Shown one piece after another: positions 30,383 to 41,028 of a stretch of 64,000 bases of DNA. How positions within the stretch are numbered: the first letter of the stretch is position 1; every line of letters begins with the position of its first letter. Where the stretch lies: NCBI GenBank assembly GCA_965225855.1, contig CBDDCK010000005.1, positions 1,248,001-1,312,000 of the forward strand. The letters are read 5' to 3'. This DNA is from Spirochaetia bacterium (GTDB taxonomy: Bacteria > Spirochaetota > Spirochaetia > SP-2023). The notes beneath the pieces were generated by a model, which ran no database searches, had not been told where the DNA came from, and saw only the letters and a program-made list of their open reading frames with translations. The position numbers and the translations under genes were made by a program.

Positions 30383-31333
30383 ATGGATTTTGACGGCAAT
30401 TTATTAGCAATCCCCGAGCTCAATGCAATGAACGGGGAATATAGCCCGCCAACAGAATTATTGTTAGTACCTGCGGGTGATTTTACGGGGCGAGATGGCA
30501 CGCCCTACAAGAACAGCAAGCCCAATAAAGTAGTAGCTTTATTCAAGAAGGAAGGCATTGCCTTGGCCATAGATTTTGACCACAGCATTTACTACAACGG
30601 TGGCGGTGCTGCTTGTGGCTGGATTGAAAAGTTAGAAATTCGAGACGGTGCTATTTGGGGCACCGAAATTGAATGGCTGAATCAGGCACGCTGGGCTTTG
30701 AAAGAAAAAAAGTACAAATACTACAGCCCGCACTATGTAGTAGATAGGGCTAGTCATGAAATTGTGCGTTTAGATGTGGTTTCGCTAGTCAATAGGCCAC
30801 GGCTTAGCGTGCAAGCCTTAAATACAATGGAACAACATAATTACAGCCAAAAGGAGCAAGGAATGAATCTACAAGACGAGTTAAATGCAGCTCTGAAAAA
30901 CAACCTAGAGTTTATCAAACAAGCTAGTGAAGCAGAAGCCAAAGCCAACCAGCTACAAAGCGAAGTCAATGCGCTAAAGGCAGAAAAAGAACAGCTTACA
31001 GCCAAGCTCAAAGAGCATCAAGAAAAACAGGCAGCAGCCTCTAGCGCAGCTTTTCAAGGTGAGCTCAACAGCTTTTTAGACGAGCAAGTCAAGACAGGTA
31101 AATTACCACCCGCACAAAAAGAGTTTTATGCCAAAACCGTTCGCTCTAAAGAGGAGTTGAACAGCTTAAAAGAGTTGTTGAAAGATGCAAAGAATTTATT
31201 GCCAGACGGCAAAGATGCTAGCAAACAAGACCCAAAAGTTTTCGATGAAGAGCTAAACGCACTGGGTTTCGATGCAGAAGACATGGAGCTGGCAAAAAAT
31301 ATGGGTTTAGAGCCTGCGGACTTTAAAAAATAA
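30383..31333 (+). CDS. Mu gpI-like prohead protease with C-terminal scaffold (likely internal start at 30863)
   Basis: IDFDH, A.GWI, YKYYSP, SLVN.P; AAGGAG RBS before the internal ATG. Confidence 0.85.
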   Translation: MDFDGNLLAIPELNAMNGEYSPPTELLLVPAGDFTGRDGTPYKNSKPNKVVALFKKEGIALAIDFDHSIYYNGGGAACGWIEKLEIRDGAIWGTEIEWLNQARWALKEKKYKYYSPHYVVDRASHEIVRLDVVSLVNRPRLSVQALNTMEQHNYSQKEQGMNLQDELNAALKNNLEFIKQASEAEAKANQLQSEVNALKAEKEQLTAKLKEHQEKQAAASSAAFQGELNSFLDEQVKTGKLPPAQKEFYAKTVRSKEELNSLKELLKDAKNLLPDGKDASKQDPKVFDEELNALGFDAEDMELAKNMGLEPADFKK

Positions 31334-31360
31334 TTATTGGCTATTCAAAAGGAGTTTAAT

Positions 31361-32275
31361 ATGGCTAAAAATTTATCTACAACATTGCGCAACTTAGTGG
31401 TAATACTATCACGATCTTTTAATAAATTGATGCTATCGGCAGAACCAGCAGATTGGCAAAAATTTACTTACAAAGAGACAACCAAAAACGCCAGCAAAAA
31501 GTTTGCTTGGTTATCCAAGTTTCCAGCGTTGGAAAAATGGATAGGTAACCGAGTACACAAAAAGTTGGCTAAACACGATTACAGTGTAAGTGTAGATGTC
31601 TATACGGCTACTGCGGATATATTGCGTACTGAATTAGAAGACGAAGGCCCTAATGTGTATCAAAACTTGCCACAAAGTGCGAAAGAAGTAGTCGATGTTC
31701 AGCGTAACGAAGCGTTATTCGGTCTTTTAGACAAGCCCCCTACTTGTTATGACGGGCAAGATTTTTTCGATACCGATCACCCCTTGTATCCCAATGAAGA
31801 TGGAACGGGTACTGTTAAAAACCAAAGCAATCTTTTAGGTACTAAAGGTAGTGAGGCAGTGGCATGGGTACTGCTCGATACTAGCCGTACGGTTAAACCT
31901 TTGGTTTTGGTTGAACGAGACAAGCCCGAATTCAAGTGGAACAAGGAAGGAACAGAGCCTTACTTTGAGGACGAGCTTTGTTCTATGGGTGTTCGTATCC
32001 GTGAAGGTTACGGAGTAACCTTGCCACAGTTAGCCTTGAAATCTTATAAAGATTTGACCGAGGCTAATTTTCAAGAAGCCTTAACTGCAATGCAGGAAAT
32101 GAAAACCGATGGCAATCGGCTTATGCACATTAAACCAACATTAATGGTTGTACCACCTTCCCTTGAAGCAAAAGCCCGTACTTTGCTGGAAGCCCAAACA
32201 AAGGCCAGTGGGGCATCAAACACCTATTATAAGCGTGTGAATTTGATAGTTTCGAGTTATTTCACGGGAGACTAG
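31361..32275 (+). CDS. Mu gpT-like major capsid protein
   Basis: WL..FP...KWIG, CYDGQ.FFDTDHP, W.LLD.SR..KP, L.VPP.LE. Confidence 0.95.
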   Translation: MAKNLSTTLRNLVVILSRSFNKLMLSAEPADWQKFTYKETTKNASKKFAWLSKFPALEKWIGNRVHKKLAKHDYSVSVDVYTATADILRTELEDEGPNVYQNLPQSAKEVVDVQRNEALFGLLDKPPTCYDGQDFFDTDHPLYPNEDGTGTVKNQSNLLGTKGSEAVAWVLLDTSRTVKPLVLVERDKPEFKWNKEGTEPYFEDELCSMGVRIREGYGVTLPQLALKSYKDLTEANFQEALTAMQEMKTDGNRLMHIKPTLMVVPPSLEAKARTLLEAQTKASGASNTYYKRVNLIVSSYFTGD

Positions 32276-32284
32276 GAGGAAATT

Positions 32285-32578
32285 ATGGCTAAGAAAACAA
32301 AGCAAAAAGCCCCAGAAGTTTTAGAGGCTTTGGAGTCTCAAGAACAAGTAGAAGTACAACAAGAATCACCAAGCGATACAGAGGTTAGTATTCCACAGCA
32401 AGAAGAAGTCGCAACAGTAAAGGTGCAAGTGCGCACCAAGGTTTGGCAAGGAAAGCGTATTGACCAACGGCGTAGAGCTGGATTAGTAGTGTTTCCCGAA
32501 TGGGCAGAGCACGAAGTTTCTAGTGAACAATTTGAGTTACTGGAAGCAGACGATTTTATTGAGGTCGCAGAGGTTTAA
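32285..32578 (+). CDS. HI1506-like protein
   Basis: RRAG..F and L..D..I.V motifs; follows the capsid gene. Confidence 0.6.
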   Translation: MAKKTKQKAPEVLEALESQEQVEVQQESPSDTEVSIPQQEEVATVKVQVRTKVWQGKRIDQRRRAGLVVFPEWAEHEVSSEQFELLEADDFIEVAEV

Positions 32579-33025
32579 ATGCGCTTTTTGTCGGTGGCTT
32601 ATATGGAACAACGATTCCCCGCCCATATGCCCAAGCAAGGGGGAGCTTACAATGTGTTTGCCCCCAGCAATGGTAATTTTGGCAGTGGGACAGCGCATAG
32701 ACCATCGAGCACCACAGACAGCAGCCGCATAGAAACGGCCATAGATTCGGTAGAAACATGGTTTGTAAGGCAAATTCCTATCTTTGGCAGGGCAACCCCT
32801 TCATTGTTGCCTTTGGACTTAAAAGAAGCATTGGCAGATATGGTATTTGCTAGGTTGTTCAATATAGAAGGCAAAACCAAAGACGATATGCAGCGTTCTA
32901 TACAAGCAAGAGATTTGATTTTAGCTGTAGCACCTAGTTATGACGGGGCTACTGTAGAGGGTGGGCAAATTGTGTTAAGTGAAGACGCCCCGCTTGTCGG
33001 GCTTGCCTTTGGGTGGGATAGCTAA
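32579..33025 (+). CDS. Putative head-tail adaptor (gp36-like)
   Basis: Gene position; weak motifs only. Confidence 0.5.
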   Translation: MRFLSVAYMEQRFPAHMPKQGGAYNVFAPSNGNFGSGTAHRPSSTTDSSRIETAIDSVETWFVRQIPIFGRATPSLLPLDLKEALADMVFARLFNIEGKTKDDMQRSIQARDLILAVAPSYDGATVEGGQIVLSEDAPLVGLAFGWDS

Positions 33026-33484
33026 ATGGCCGGTAATAGTCGCGGTGCCAGGTTGGAAGTCAATTGGGATATGCTCGATTTAGATGTATCTTTATTGAGT
33101 TTGGGCAATAAATACGACTTGCTAAGCCAATTGAGCCAAAGCGTTGTAGGGCAAACCAAAGAGCGTTTTGAGAGCAAGAGAGCCCCGGACGGCCACGAAT
33201 GGGTAGGACGCTCTCCAGCTTACTTGAAAACCAATCCGCCCGGTTCTACTTTGGTTCGGGGTGGTTTTTTGAAAGATACCATTACCGATCAAATTTACAG
33301 CCCAGAGGTGGCGGTAGTCGGTAGTAAACTCTCTTATGCCAAAGTGCACCAGTACGGCGGCAAAGGCGAGTTTAACGGCCAGCAAATCAATATCCCAGCA
33401 CGGCCGTATTTGGGTGTGAGCAGAGAAAACAAAGCTACCTTGCGCAAAATAGCCGAAGTCTGGATACGAAAGGCGGTAAGCTAA
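33026..33484 (+). CDS. Virion morphogenesis protein (Mu gpG-like)
   Basis: RF....PDG..W, YA..HQYGG, IPARPYLG. Confidence 0.9.
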   Translation: MAGNSRGARLEVNWDMLDLDVSLLSLGNKYDLLSQLSQSVVGQTKERFESKRAPDGHEWVGRSPAYLKTNPPGSTLVRGGFLKDTITDQIYSPEVAVVGSKLSYAKVHQYGGKGEFNGQQINIPARPYLGVSRENKATLRKIAEVWIRKAVS

Positions 33485-33485
33485 T

Positions 33486-33959
33486 ATGCCACAGTCGAGT
33501 TATCTTAAATTGCGCCAGGCCGTAATTGATTATATCAAGAGCAAAGTATCGATTCAGACGCAGGCGCATAGTGGCAATTTTACCAAGACCGAATTGGACA
33601 GTATTCACTTGCACCAAGGCGACTTGATCTTAGTTGCGCTAAATTCGGTTCGAGATGGCGCAGCGCATTTTAGCTTGTTTTTGAAGCTAGGCCACGATGC
33701 AGAAAATAAAGCAGATGTAAAGGCATTGAATTTATTGCATCAGTTGCAATTCCACTTGGGCAAGTGGAAAGACCAATTACTGGCCAAAAAGATTCGTGCC
33801 AGTTGGCAGACTTTGGTCAGCCACAAGTTGGCCGAACAGAATTGTTATTTATGGCGCATGGATTTAACCGTGCCGATTTACGATGAAGATTATTTAGAGG
33901 AGTATACCCATGAGTATAACATTTACACAGATACCGACCAATTTACGGGTGCCGGGTAG
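33486..33959 (+). CDS. Putative tail completion protein (gp37-like)
   Basis: H.G.F...EL motif; position before the sheath. Confidence 0.5.
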   Translation: MPQSSYLKLRQAVIDYIKSKVSIQTQAHSGNFTKTELDSIHLHQGDLILVALNSVRDGAAHFSLFLKLGHDAENKADVKALNLLHQLQFHLGKWKDQLLAKKIRASWQTLVSHKLAEQNCYLWRMDLTVPIYDEDYLEEYTHEYNIYTDTDQFTGAG

Positions 33960-35052
33960 CTATCACGAAATTAGCAACCGCTTGGCGGGAAATAGTAAGA
34001 CGTTAAAAGTAATGTTGATTTTTGCCGCGCTTAGCAGTGCCAAAGAAGAAGAGAAAAACAACCCGACTCTCTATAAGCCGTTGCGCATCATGACGGCCAA
34101 GGACGCTACGGACAATTTGGGCAATGGTGATGGCCAGAAAATCATCGAGGACTTTCTCGACGTAAACGATACGCTGGAAGTTTATGCTTTGCCCATTCCC
34201 AGCAGTTGGAGTTCAATTGATTTCGATACTTCGGTTTGGCCGAAACTAAAGGATTTTCCTTTTGATTGGCTGGTGTATCCGGGAGAATCGGCCACACAAA
34301 TTGGCTCTATCGAAATCGAGCTAGAAGATCGCTACAAGGCCACACGGCAAATAGGGGCGCGGTGCTTTTACTATAAGGCCGACAGCTCTAGTAATTTAGC
34401 CACTTATGCCGAGAGCCGCAACAATCCGCATATGGTTTTGTTGCCCTTGCTTAATAGCAATTCTAGCCAAAAAGAATGGCTGGCCCGTTTTGCCGGGGCG
34501 CTAACCAAACAGCTAGCGATCGACCCATCTAGCAGTTTGAACCAGATTAAAGTTAAGGGGCTTACCAGCAGCGAGCAGTTTAACTTTACCGAGAGAAATA
34601 CCTTTTTGTACAAGGGTGTATCGACTTGGATAGCAGCTAAAGACGGCAGCGTTTATGTCGAGCGGGTTGTAACTAATTATACCCAAACAGCAGACGGGGT
34701 AGCCGATTCGAGTTATTTAGATGTACAAATTCCCGAAACTTTGGACGCAATCCGTAAATTGCAAAATGCTGAAATTCGCAAACGCTTTAAGGGTGCAAAA
34801 CTGGGCCCCGATACGCTTTCGGTGCAACCAGGGCAAAATGTTTTGACGCCAGCAATTTTGAAAGGCTTTTTGTTGGACTTGTATCGCAGCGTGTTTGTCG
34901 GGCAAAACCTTTGGTGCGTGAATCCAGAGAAATACAAAGAGAGTTTGCGAGTCGAAATAGATTCTAAGGATAAAAACGCAATTCTTTGGTACGACCAGCC
35001 CGAATTGATTGGACGCTTTGATGTGGCCAAGGGTTTGAGTGAATTTAATTAG
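33910..35052 (+). CDS. Tail sheath protein (Mu gpL-like)
   Basis: I.F..IP..LRVPG.Y.E, ERN..L..GVST, D.SYLD. Confidence 0.9.
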   Translation: MSITFTQIPTNLRVPGSYHEISNRLAGNSKTLKVMLIFAALSSAKEEEKNNPTLYKPLRIMTAKDATDNLGNGDGQKIIEDFLDVNDTLEVYALPIPSSWSSIDFDTSVWPKLKDFPFDWLVYPGESATQIGSIEIELEDRYKATRQIGARCFYYKADSSSNLATYAESRNNPHMVLLPLLNSNSSQKEWLARFAGALTKQLAIDPSSSLNQIKVKGLTSSEQFNFTERNTFLYKGVSTWIAAKDGSVYVERVVTNYTQTADGVADSSYLDVQIPETLDAIRKLQNAEIRKRFKGAKLGPDTLSVQPGQNVLTPAILKGFLLDLYRSVFVGQNLWCVNPEKYKESLRVEIDSKDKNAILWYDQPELIGRFDVAKGLSEFN

Positions 35053-35069
35053 GAGTTAAGGATAAAATC

Positions 35070-35441
35070 ATGGCCAATCGCAGATTAAAAGAGATTGAAA
35101 AAATCAATATCGCAGGTTTGGGCTTTGTGCCCTTGAAGCAAGACAGCGCAGAGTTTACCCCAGAATACCAAAAACGAGATGTACAGAAAGGACAATTGCC
35201 AGAGTATGACGGCTATAGAGTGCAGCGCAACAGTGCTGTGCTAAAGTTTGGCTTGAATGACCGGGCGGGTGAGAGCTGGCAGCGCAGGCTAAACACTGTG
35301 GACGAGGCAGAAATCACTATCTACTACAGCGATAACACCAGTACCGTAATGCACGAGGCGTATTGTCAAGATGTGGGTAGCACCAAAGGTGGAGAAATTT
35401 CGGGCTTTGTGTTTGAAGCCTCTACCAGCGATGATGCGTAA
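35070..35441 (+). CDS. Tail tube protein
   Basis: Size and position directly after the sheath. Confidence 0.7.
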   Translation: MANRRLKEIEKINIAGLGFVPLKQDSAEFTPEYQKRDVQKGQLPEYDGYRVQRNSAVLKFGLNDRAGESWQRRLNTVDEAEITIYYSDNTSTVMHEAYCQDVGSTKGGEISGFVFEASTSDDA

Positions 35442-35467
35442 GGGATTGATGCCTAAAGGATTGATGT

Positions 35468-36427
35468 ATGGAGAATAGCGGAAGTTTATATCCAAGCAAA
35501 CCGGAATTGGATTTGCACAACGGTAAATTTACCAATGGCGATGCTAGCGCAGGGGTAATGCCCAGCGTTTTAGATGCCAATACTCTAAATTTGATTTTGG
35601 ATAATTTGAGCGAGGCGATAAAGGCTTTTGGCCTAGTGCCAGACAACAAAGCGAGTTCTATAGGGCAGCTCAAAAAGTCTTTATTGTGGGCAGCAGGTCA
35701 TTGGCAGGAAGACATGGACGCTGTGGCAGGCCAAACGATTTTGCATAGCGGAGTTTTGTATCTTTGTAACCAAAATCACAAGACCACCGCAGCCAAAGCT
35801 CCCACTCAAGAGGGCGCACCGTGGGCACTACTGGCCACCGATGAGAGCATTGCCAAAGCCATAAGAATCACAGGAAACAACGCAGAATCATATGGCAGAA
35901 CCTATGCCAAACTCCTCGATAACGATCTGGAAACTAAGCTGAACAACGTCATAAGCAACACCAAAGCCAGCGTAGAATCATATGCCGACACCCAAGACGA
36001 TCAACATGATTGGGCTTTAGAAACTAAGCTGAAGAATTGGGTTAAGGCGTTGTTCCCAGCGGGGACTATTTATATCAACACCTATAGCAACACAAATCCT
36101 GCGGCCCTATTTGGCTTTGGTAGCTGGTCTAAAATCAATGCCAATGCCTTTATAGGGCAAGCTGGTAATAACTTTAGGCTGGGATATTATAGAAATCAAG
36201 CCGCCCCGGATATTACGGGTACTATGTTTGGAGGAATAGCATCAGGAAATGGAGCATTCGAATACACACGTTTCGACAAGAAAATGGGATATACTTCAAG
36301 AAATGGGTATTCTAGAGGTACTATAGTCTTTAGGGCCAGCAACAGCAATAGCACTTACTCAAACGACAGCAGAGGCGGATTATACCCTTACACATTAGGG
36401 GGTAATATCTGGTATAGGATCAAATAG
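35468..36427 (+). CDS. Tail fibre / receptor-binding protein
   Basis: FT.GD...G...S...A..LN N-terminus; P.G.IY...NP..LFG.G.W C-terminal module. Confidence 0.75.
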   Translation: MENSGSLYPSKPELDLHNGKFTNGDASAGVMPSVLDANTLNLILDNLSEAIKAFGLVPDNKASSIGQLKKSLLWAAGHWQEDMDAVAGQTILHSGVLYLCNQNHKTTAAKAPTQEGAPWALLATDESIAKAIRITGNNAESYGRTYAKLLDNDLETKLNNVISNTKASVESYADTQDDQHDWALETKLKNWVKALFPAGTIYINTYSNTNPAALFGFGSWSKINANAFIGQAGNNFRLGYYRNQAAPDITGTMFGGIASGNGAFEYTRFDKKMGYTSRNGYSRGTIVFRASNSNSTYSNDSRGGLYPYTLGGNIWYRIK

Positions 36428-36438
36428 AAAGGATTTAT

Positions 36439-37056
36439 ATGGAACAACCAAAATTCTACATAGCCATAAAAGATGGCAAGGTAATCGCCAACTGGGGCGG
36501 TTTTGAAGAGTTAACGGCAGACGAAATTAAGGGGATTTGTAATAACGAAACCCCAGACGAAGTACGAGAAATTGATAGAGATCAAGGAGTAACCGATGGT
36601 TTCCCTTTATCTTGTTATAACGATGATTGGAGCTTGAAAACGCCCGAAGAAATCGAAAAGTTAGGCTTTGATGGAAAAGGCAACAAGCTGCCCACCGAGC
36701 AAGAAAAAGCCGAACAAAAGGCCAAAGAGCAAAGGAAAGAGAAACTGCAAGAAAGCCAAAGGCAGTTAAACCGGAAGATAATTCGCAATCAAAACTATAT
36801 AAGGGTGAATTTTGCACCGATAGCCCAAGCCTTGGCAAGGAATAGCTATGACAAAACCAAGACTTTTGCCCAGCAAAGGCTAGATATCGCCCGCATCGAA
36901 AAGCGGGAGCTAGAAAATCTAAAAAGTCAAAACAAAGAGTTTTTGGATAATTTAGAGCAACAAACCCCAAAATACCAAGCCGAGTTAGCCAAAGTATCTA
37001 AAGAATTAGAGACTTTAGAAACCGAGTTACAAGCTCTGGCAGGAGGTAAACAATGA
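36439..37056 (+). CDS. Putative tail fibre assembly/associated protein
   Basis: Follows the fibre gene; coiled-coil C-terminus. Confidence 0.5.
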   Translation: MEQPKFYIAIKDGKVIANWGGFEELTADEIKGICNNETPDEVREIDRDQGVTDGFPLSCYNDDWSLKTPEEIEKLGFDGKGNKLPTEQEKAEQKAKEQRKEKLQESQRQLNRKIIRNQNYIRVNFAPIAQALARNSYDKTKTFAQQRLDIARIEKRELENLKSQNKEFLDNLEQQTPKYQAELAKVSKELETLETELQALAGGKQ

Positions 37057-37438
37057 AAACATTTCAATTAAATAGCCCTGTTGAAGTGGCAGGGAAAACA
37101 TACGAAGAGCTGTCTTTGCGCAACATGAAAGCCAAAGACATGCGCTTATTGGCAGAAGAAGAAAACAGTGCGGACAATCAAATAAACTTGGTGGCTACTT
37201 TGGCACAGGTAAGCCCTGACGTTATTGACGAACTAGAAATAGCCGATTATAACCAGTTATGTTTGTTTGTTCTGGGGCAATTAAAGCCAAAAAAGTCTGC
37301 GAAGCGATCCTAGCCGACATTCTGTTTATTTTTGGTGGCATGGATTACCAAAGCCTGCTAGAGATGGACTTAGACGAGCTAGAGCGTTGGCACGAGCTAG
37401 CTAAAGAGCGTGCCCCGCTAGTGTTGGGATTCAAATGA
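37053..37438 (+). CDS. Tail assembly chaperone (37053-37313) with -1 frameshift extension to 37438
   Basis: gp41-like motifs; in-frame A AAA AAG at 37289-37295; -1 frame reads LADILFIFG...MDLDELERW. Confidence 0.85.
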
Positions 37439-39886
37439 GCGATGATATAAATGTTGGCTTGCGAATCGACCTAAAGGGCGACCTTCAGCAGCAATTGAGG
37501 GGAGTGCGCAGCCAGTTTAGCCAAATGCAGCAGATGACCAAGGTTATGAGCCTTGCGTCTTTAGGCCAAAGCCTCGGCAGTTTAAGCGGGCAAGCACGGG
37601 GATTGACCGATGAGCTAAAGCGACCCTATATGGAATTTGAGCGCGAAATAACTAGCGTCAAAGCTAGAATGATGGGCACTAGCGCAGCTCAATACAAAGA
37701 ACTAAAACAACAAGCCAAAGAGCTTGGGGCAACTACGATTTTTACTAGCCAGCAGGTTGCGCAAGGCATGAACAAGCTGGCCATGGCCGGCTTTGATGCC
37801 GATGAGATCAAAGCCAGTATAGCCGATGTAACGGCCTTTGTGCAGGCCAACGATATTGATTTTGGCACGGGTGCCGATATTGCCACCGATATAGGCACGG
37901 CCTTTGGCTATCAAGCCGGTGAGCTGGGCGAAGTGATGAATGTGCTTACATTGGCAGCCAATTCCGCCAATACCGATATTGGCATGCTGGGCGAAGCCAT
38001 GAAGTACGCTGCTGCCGATGCCAAAAATCTAGGTCTTTCCCTAGAAGAGACAACGGCTATGATGGGGCTCTTGGCCAATGCGGGTATCAAAGGCAGTATG
38101 GCCGGCACCACACTAAAGGAAACCGTCAAAGCCCTAGCCGTACCCGATGATAACGCACACAAGGCTTTAGAGCGACTTAGCATAAAAGTTTATGACGATA
38201 AAGGTCAAATGCGCAGCATTTCCAGCTTGTTGCGTGAAGTAAACGAGGCTACCGCAGGCTTGACGCAAGAACAACGAGCAGCTGAAATCAACACCATATT
38301 TAAAGGAGCGTGGTTCGCGTGGTATTTTGACCTTGATGAGTCAAGGGCAAGATGCCTTTGAGAAATTCCTTGCGTTGTTAGAAAGCTCTGCTGAAGGCAC
38401 GGTGCGAAAAATGCAAGATACCATGGCTGAAAGTTTGGCTGCGGGTTTGGCCGGTATCAACAGTCGCAAAGAGGCCTTGTTTAGCACTATCACCGAAGCG
38501 GGTCGTGAGCAATTAGTTGGTGTACAGCAATTAAAAATTGGCTTTTTCGATCATCTGAACAATATAGCCAAAGAAAACACAGTGCTTGCCGGGCGCATTA
38601 GTTTGGCCACGCAATTGCTTAGCGATATAGGCGGGGTATTGACCTCTAGCGGTGCAGTGCTTTCTACTGTTTTGTCGGGGTTTACTGCGTTTTCAATGTA
38701 TAAAAATCAACAAGCAATGCAAAGTATGGCTGCCAACCCTAAAGGTTTGTTGGGCGGTGTGTCTGCTAGCCAGCCTTTGCCAGTATGGGTGGTAAACAAT
38801 GGATTAAGTACACAAGCTGCTATGCCTACAGCAATCGCTACAGGTGTGGAACAAGGTTTTAGTAAAGGGGCTGCCAAAAGCGGTTTTTGGCATGGTAGGA
38901 AAGGTAGTGCTTTTAAGGGCGGTTTGGTTGGTTTGGCTTTTGGTGGGTTATCTATGGGCTTGGAAGCCTTGGCTATTCGGCAATCGAAACTAACTGGCGA
39001 AGAACAACAAAAGGCCATGAAAAGTGTCTGGAATCGCAATTCTTGGGGGTTGTTTGGCAGTACCGCAGGTGCGGTAATTGGCAGTATGATCGCACCTGGC
39101 CCTGGTTTGTTTATCGGTGGGGCTTTGGGTCAGTTGGTCGGTGATGGCATTGCTGGCAAAATTGAGCACAACAAAACCGATGAAGCAAAGTATCAAAAGT
39201 TTTTAGAAAACAACGATAAAATTTACGGAAGGCAAAATGATAATTGGCTGCCTTTTTTTAGTAAAAATAGCTTGATGAATAAAATTACTAACAATTCTGG
39301 TACACAAAACCAAAATGTAGATAGCTCTTTAGCAAACATAAAAGAATTATTAACCAAACAACCAAAAGCAGGACTATTCAAAAGTGAACTACAAGAATGG
39401 CTAGGCGAAAACATTACAACCCCAGAAGTCTTAGCTAAAGAATTTATGGGATTAGCGGGGCAAATTAGAACAAATAAAGGTTTGAGAAGTAGCTTTAAGG
39501 CAAGCATTGCCGAATATGTTGGCTTAGACAAAGTCGTTTACGATATACAAGCTCCGTTTTTAGAAATGTTTATTTCTAGTATGCCTGAAAGTTTTAAAAG
39601 TTCGGATGCCTTTGCCAAAAATATAGAATCTATCAACCAAGATATTGGCCGTAAAATACAGAGAGGCCAAAATGTCGATACTATCGAGTATATACCCGAT
39701 TTGGCTAAAGCCCTAAACAAATTTAACTTTGAACAAAGCCAAGAGAAAGAAGAAAAAGTAAAGCAAGGGTTAGATTTACAGAGACAAACTTTTACCGAAA
39801 TCCAGCGGGGCAATGACCTTACCGAAAATATGCTGAAAAAATTGGAAAGCCGTTCTTTTGTTTATAAAATTGGAGCAAGTCGATGA
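37435..39886 (+). pseudogene. Tape measure protein (TP901-type), split by a frameshift near 38305
   Basis: AKELG.TT.F, LA.AG, GIKGSMAGT; ORFs 37435-38361 and 38327-39886. Confidence 0.85.
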
Positions 39887-41028
39887 AATTGCCCCAATTT
39901 TATAAAGCTAGTTATAACGGGATTGATTTTAGTGTGCCTAGCAGCAGCCGAACAACACAGCATGCTTTGGTGCAGTACCACAGCCCCTATGCATCACATA
40001 GTACAAAAGACGATTTAGGCCTTGCAAGTGAAGCTATTAGCATTCAAGCCTTTGTTTCTGGCAATGATGCTTATGAGAAAGCAGCAGCTTTGCGCAAAGA
40101 ATTAGACAAAAGAGGTGTTGGTAAATTAGTGCACCCCAGTTATGGCGAGTTAGAGGTTTTTGTTCAAAGTGTAGAAGAAAAACAAGACTATGCCGATGGC
40201 TTGTTTTATGTAGGTTTTAGTCTTAGCTTTTTGCGTGCCGATGAGCGCAAAGAATTAAGTAGTATCGCAGCCAGTGCCGATTTAGAACCGCAAGCCTTGG
40301 CCTTACAAAAAGAGTTTGCAGCAGCGAGTGAACGCCGTATGCATTTAATTCCCAACGATAAACAATTCAACCCTGCCCAAATACGCAAAGAGCTTGCTGA
40401 TCTAAACAACGCAATCCAAAGCCTGTATCGTTTGGCAGAAGTGCCTTTTGCGTTCATGGAAGAATTGCTTTTAGCTGTAGATGAATGGCACAATTTCACT
40501 TTAGCCCCATCTGAAATAGCAGCCAATATTATGAACATGAGTGCCAATTTAGCACAGGCTATTTTGAGTGTGCCCAACAAAATGCTTGTCAATCTAAAAC
40601 GAACTATCGCCAATCTAAACAGAGGCCTTAAACGCTTAGAAGCTTTGGGAAACGGGCAAACATTGCAACAATATCAAATGCAATTACAAGCAAGCGCAAG
40701 TCAAATTGTGGCATTGTTTTATCCAGCAGCGCAAGCCATTGATAGCCAAGCCCAAAGCAGAGAGCAAGCCCAACAAATACAGCAAGATTTAGATGCCTTA
40801 CTTTCCAAAATAAAACCGAAAGTCGATTATGCCCAATACGAACAACTTATAAAAATAGAGCAATCTTTTTATGCAGCAATAGCTAGTCGTATGGCTAGCT
40901 TGCCACAACAGAAAACTTTGCATACCGATGAGCCGTTGCCTGTAGCATTGCATCGCGTGCAGGGTAAAAATATTAGCTTAGTTGCTAATCCGTTTTTTCC
41001 TGAAAGCGGGGTGCTGTATGTCTCTTGA
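39883..41028 (+). CDS. DNA circularization/tail protein (Mu gpN-like)
   Basis: ASY.GI.F, DLG, G.LVHP.YG. Confidence 0.85.
   Translation: MKLPQFYKASYNGIDFSVPSSSRTTQHALVQYHSPYASHSTKDDLGLASEAISIQAFVSGNDAYEKAAALRKELDKRGVGKLVHPSYGELEVFVQSVEEKQDYADGLFYVGFSLSFLRADERKELSSIAASADLEPQALALQKEFAAASERRMHLIPNDKQFNPAQIRKELADLNNAIQSLYRLAEVPFAFMEELLLAVDEWHNFTLAPSEIAANIMNMSANLAQAILSVPNKMLVNLKRTIANLNRGLKRLEALGNGQTLQQYQMQLQASASQIVALFYPAAQAIDSQAQSREQAQQIQQDLDALLSKIKPKVDYAQYEQLIKIEQSFYAAIASRMASLPQQKTLHTDEPLPVALHRVQGKNISLVANPFFPESGVLYVS

Noticed and set aside
35468..36427. Diversity-generating retroelement targeting the tail fibre
   Set aside because: No reverse transcriptase and no template-repeat copy differing at adenines was seen
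38295..38330. Programmed frameshift in the tape measure gene
   Set aside because: Looks like a single extra base in the middle of the domain; mutation or sequencing error is more likely
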